Both the position numbers and the translations under genes were made by a program. From positions 270,568,001-270,632,000 of the forward strand of contig OZ024743.1 of assembly GCA_964016885.1 (NCBI GenBank): a stretch of DNA of 64,000 bases. Direction: 5' to 3'. This stretch comes from Eledone cirrhosa. Lineage: Eukaryota. The notes beneath the pieces are model-generated. The model did no database searches, was not told the DNA's origin, and saw only the letters and a program-made list of their open reading frames with translations. Of this stretch, positions 60,191 to 64,000 are shown piece by piece; position 1 is the first letter of the stretch, and the number at the start of each line of letters is the position of its first letter.

Positions 60191-60319
60191 CCTGTATGTA
60201 TATATATACATACTACTGTACGTCTGTACACATATATGTATGTACGTATACATACTTATATTTAGGTATCAGCCATACTAAGAGTGAGAAATGAAATTTC
60301 GTTTCATTCTTTTCCATTT
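59879..60319 (+). mobile_element. Diverged family D copy with inverted 5' piece; HHR 59979-60021 (GAAA to AAAA)
   Basis: ACGAUG-CUGACGA-uAGCU(aaua)AGCUu-AAAA-CUAG-UA-CAUCGU. Confidence 0.8.
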
Positions 60320-60388
60320 ATATATATATATATACCATATCATGATTCATAATTGAGGTGTATTGTATAACGACATATATGATATATA

Positions 60389-60551
60389 CCGTATTTCCCG
60401 GTGTCGAAAACGCTACCTTTTTTCTAAAATAAGTCACAAAAATCTACCATTTGTCCTGGAGGCCGAAGACTATTATTTTTTTCAAATTTTTGGTTGTCAA
60501 AATTAGGGTGCGTCCTCGAGGACGAAGCGACTTCGGCGCCGGGAAATACGG
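60389..60551. mobile_element. Tc2/pogo-like MITE
   Basis: TIRs CCGTATTTCCCGG / CCGGGAAATACGG with TA duplication. Confidence 0.8.
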
Positions 60552-60557
60552 TATATA

Positions 60558-61085
60558 TATGAGGTTGGACAGAAAGTTCTCTCCGTTTTTCAAATTTATA
60601 TTGACGTTGGTGTTTTTTAACATTAAGAAAATGTTATAAGTCAAAATAATCGCTGTGATTTGCAATTACCGTCTGCCGTGGTTAAAGAAAGCCCATTATT
60701 CAATCCATGGAGAAATCTTCTGGCTTCGATGTAAAACATTCCGTCAGCCACTGATTTAACTGATCTTCTTAGCGAAGGTCTTTCACGGCATTGCATTGCT
60801 CATTTTAAGGAAAAGGTAATAGTTAATAGGCGCGAGATCAGCGAATGCGGCGGATGGGGAAGAACCTCCCAACCTAGCTCCAGCAGCTTCTCACGGGTCA
60901 TTCTTGATGTATGCGGCCGAGCATTATCTTGAAGGTATCCAACAGGACCATGATGTAGGTGCACCTGTGCGACTTTCGCCGCTAATCTGTCAAGTTGTTG
61001 GCTATGGACGTCCGAGGTTATGTTGGTGTTCGGTGGAAGCAACTCGCAGTGGATGACACTTTTTCAGTCCCACCAGAAATCACGT
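60558..61085 (-). mobile_element. Mariner transposase 3' relic with TIR
   Basis: WWD..VIHCELLP, QQLDRL, LQDNARPH, LGWEVLPHPPHS. TIR-like tatgaggttggacagaaagtt. Confidence 0.85.
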
Positions 61086-61330
61086 TTTATTATACACAGA
61101 TATAATGTATATACCTCCATATACACGTCTATTATGAACCACACCATGTTAGTGCTACTGTTAATTAAACCCAGTAAATCAAGCACGTACTATATGCAAA
61201 TGATGTTTTGTACTCAAAGTATATAAGTTATAGCTTATTCTACTCACAGTGCCAAGTGAGAATTCATCACTGATGATGAACTAAACATCTCTTGTGTCTG
61301 GAGTCCTCATACGTCAACTGAGTGTTTGCG

Positions 61331-61371
<41 letters not shown>

Positions 61372-61372
61372 C

Positions 61373-61449
<77 letters not shown>

Positions 61450-62242
61450 GTAAAGAGGAGAGGCTGTGTGGTTACCGAAAGCGAAGTGTTAGCACGTAAT
61501 CGGGACGTAAACAAGGGAAGAAAAGTTTCCCTTCGTCAGCTGTTTACTGCGGATCTTAGATATTTCGGCGCTTAAAACAGAACATCGATCCGCAGTGCGC
61601 CCATGGCCTTTTATCCATCAAAAGGCCATGAGGGAAAGAAGTGATAGTAAAGAGAGGGGAAGAAAGAAAAGGGGAGGAAGAAAAGAAGGAAAAAACGAAG
61701 TAAACATACTGATAGAAGGGGGAACATATGACAATGGCACATGTATGTAAGTAACCGGAGAGAAAATAGATCAAGTTATAACAGGCCAATGGGTATAAAC
61801 CCGGTGGCCGTATAACTGAGGAGCAAGGTTTTTCCGTGGCCATTCTCAATAAAGTGGGTGTAGAGAGAGAGAAAGACAGAGAAACCGGAAGTGAGCGGGG
61901 GTAGAGGAAAGAGGGGTGAGTAAGAGGGATAGAGAGAGAGGGCGGAGGGAAAGGGAGTTAATCCAAAAGGGGTTTACGACGCACGGGCGACCAGGCCGAA
62001 AACAAGCAAATGGATAGGGAGGAAGAGAGAGAGAGTGAGAGGGGGGGGGGGAGAAAGAGAGAGAGAGAAAAGGAGGGAGTCGATCCGAAAGCGTGGTGGG
62101 ACATAAGTCCGGCCGGACAACAAATCGAGCAAGACCGGTAGGGAGGATGTCACAGCAGTAAATACAAACATACAGGTAAAGAGGTGAGGCTGTGTGGTTA
62201 CTGAGAATGAAGTGTATGTGGAGCGCAGCCGAGATATATACT

Positions 62243-63103
62243 TCTGCCAAAGGTGTAGAATGTGCTTCCTGGGGTGTAATAGCTGATGCAGCGGGTATCG
62301 CTGGCTGTTCTCGAACATAGCTATGTTATAGTGTCCTGCCAAATGGTGTAGAGTTTACTTCCTGGGGTGTAATAGCTGATGCAGCGGGTATCGCTGGCTG
62401 TTCTCGAACATAGCTATGTTATAGTGTCCTGTCAAATGGTGTAGAGTTTACTTCCTGGGGTGTAATAGCTGATGCAGCGGGTATCGCTGGCTGTTCTCGA
62501 ACATAGCTATGTTATACTGTCCTGTCAAATGGTGTAGCGTTTACTTCCTGGGGTGTAATAGCTGATGCAGCGGGTATCGCTGGCTGTTCTCGGGCATAGC
62601 TATGATATACCGTCCTGCCAAATGGTGTAGCGTTTACTTCCTGGTGTGTAATAGCTGATGCAGCGGGTATCGCTGGCTGTTCTCGGGCATAGCTATGATA
62701 TACCGTCCTGCCAAATGGTGTAGAGTTTACTTCCTGGGGTGTAATAGCTGATGCAGCGGGTATCGCTGGCTGTTCTCGGGCATAGCTATGATATACCGTC
62801 CTGCCAAATGGTGTAGCGTTTACTTCCTGGGGTGTAATAGCTGATGCAGCGGGTATCGCTGGCTGTTCTCGGGCATAGCTATGATATACCGTCCTGCCAA
62901 ATGGTGTAGCGTTTACTTCCTGGGGTGTAATAGCTGATGCAGCGGGTATCGCTGGCTGTTCTCGGGCATAGCTATGATATACCGTCCTGCCAAATGGTGT
63001 AGCGTTTACTTCCTGGGGTGTAATAGCTGATGCAGCGGGTATCGCTGGCTGTTCTCGGGCATAGCTATGATATACCGTCCTGCCAAATGGTGTAGAGTTT
63101 ACT
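62243..63103. repeat. 93-bp GC-balanced minisatellite, about 9 copies
   Basis: cagcgggtatc recurs at 62289, 62382, 62475 ... 63033. Confidence 0.95.
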
Positions 63104-64000
63104 CATTTCTTTCTTTTCCTACGCAGCTCCTGTGATAGTTTAGGCAACTGCACTAGGGCTTGATGAACACAACCACAAGGATATGATCCGAACGTGGAAG
63201 AGCCGAACTCCCACTTTTATCGCCTCCATCTCTCTCGCCCTCCCCATCTCTCCGTATGGTGAGCAAATGAGGTCCCATATGCTGGTCTCCAAACAGCCCC
63301 GGCGGACAGAATGGAGAAGGCGTTTCCCCGGAGGTGAATCTTTTTTCTTACTTATCTATTGTCATTGGTATATTGTAAATAAACTTCCATATCATAAAAT
63401 CCTTATACAACACCTTCTTCATTTTAAAGACGGTAAAGAGAGATTTTATAGAACTAGACTGTTATTTCTAGCAAGTGGATTAACCACATCGAATCGAATC
63501 TTGAATTATTTAACTTGTCCTCATATATTTTCTGTTTTCTTATATATTCTTTGGTGGTGATGTTGGTGGTAGTTGTCGTCGTTGTCATGGCGATAGCCTT
63601 ACTCATCATGATACTGGTAACTATGTCATGGTGTTGATGGTGGCTTTAATAGGGGTTTTAGCGGTAATAAGGCTGGTGGTGGTTGTGGGGGTGGGGGTGG
63701 AGAAGAAGAAGAAGAAGAAGAAGAAGAAGAAGAAGAAGAAGAAATTAATGACTGAAAGGGAATGGGTGATGATATAGAACGAAATGTATAAGGAAGAAAT
63801 GTGACCGAATGATAAAAAAGAATGAGAAAGGGAAAAGTGTGAGGAAGAATGAGTCAGAATATGAGAAAGAGGGATGTGGATCAAATATGTGAGAGTGAAA
63901 GAGAGACGAGAGAGAGAGGGTGAGAAGGTGAGAGTGAAAGAGAGACGAGAGAGAGAGGGTGAGAAGGTGAGGGAGAAAGAGAGGCGAGAGAGAGAGGGTG

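Noticed and set aside
61500-61640. HHR on the minus strand (CUGACGA, GCGCC-GAAA)
   Set aside because: The core halves could not be joined by consistent stems.
62243-63103. CRISPR array or HHR array (CUGAUGC..GAAC)
   Set aside because: There are no unique spacers. The core lacks A9 and GAAA, and no stem I forms.

Overview
This is AT-rich, microsatellite-saturated, non-genic animal DNA. The SINE families and (TA)n/(CA)n/(TACA)n density suggest an octopus or other coleoid cephalopod (inference). No host protein-coding exon could be supported, and almost every ORF in the track is a microsatellite artefact. Recognisable coding remnants are all from transposons: a near-full-length disabled Penelope-like element (RT + GIY-YIG, Neptune-type), several Naiad-type Penelope fragments, RTE-type LINE fragments and two mariner relics. 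There are also MITEs and about 10 tRNA-derived SINEs. The main hidden signal is RNA structure. About 30 type I hammerhead ribozyme (HHR) motifs from about 15 sequence families sit in short non-coding elements inserted in (TA)n tracts, many folded back as long inverted repeats. The standout is a 2.2-kb head-to-head array of near-identical 466-nt non-coding units (53375-55615), each complete unit carrying an intact minimal HHR, with three dispersed relatives showing stem covariation. It looks like a retrozyme-like, possibly circular-RNA-forming element. Several otherwise unrelated HHR families also share a small 3' stem-loop (ACUC-URC-loop-GUA-UU-GAGU). All folds were worked out by eye; none was computed or tested.
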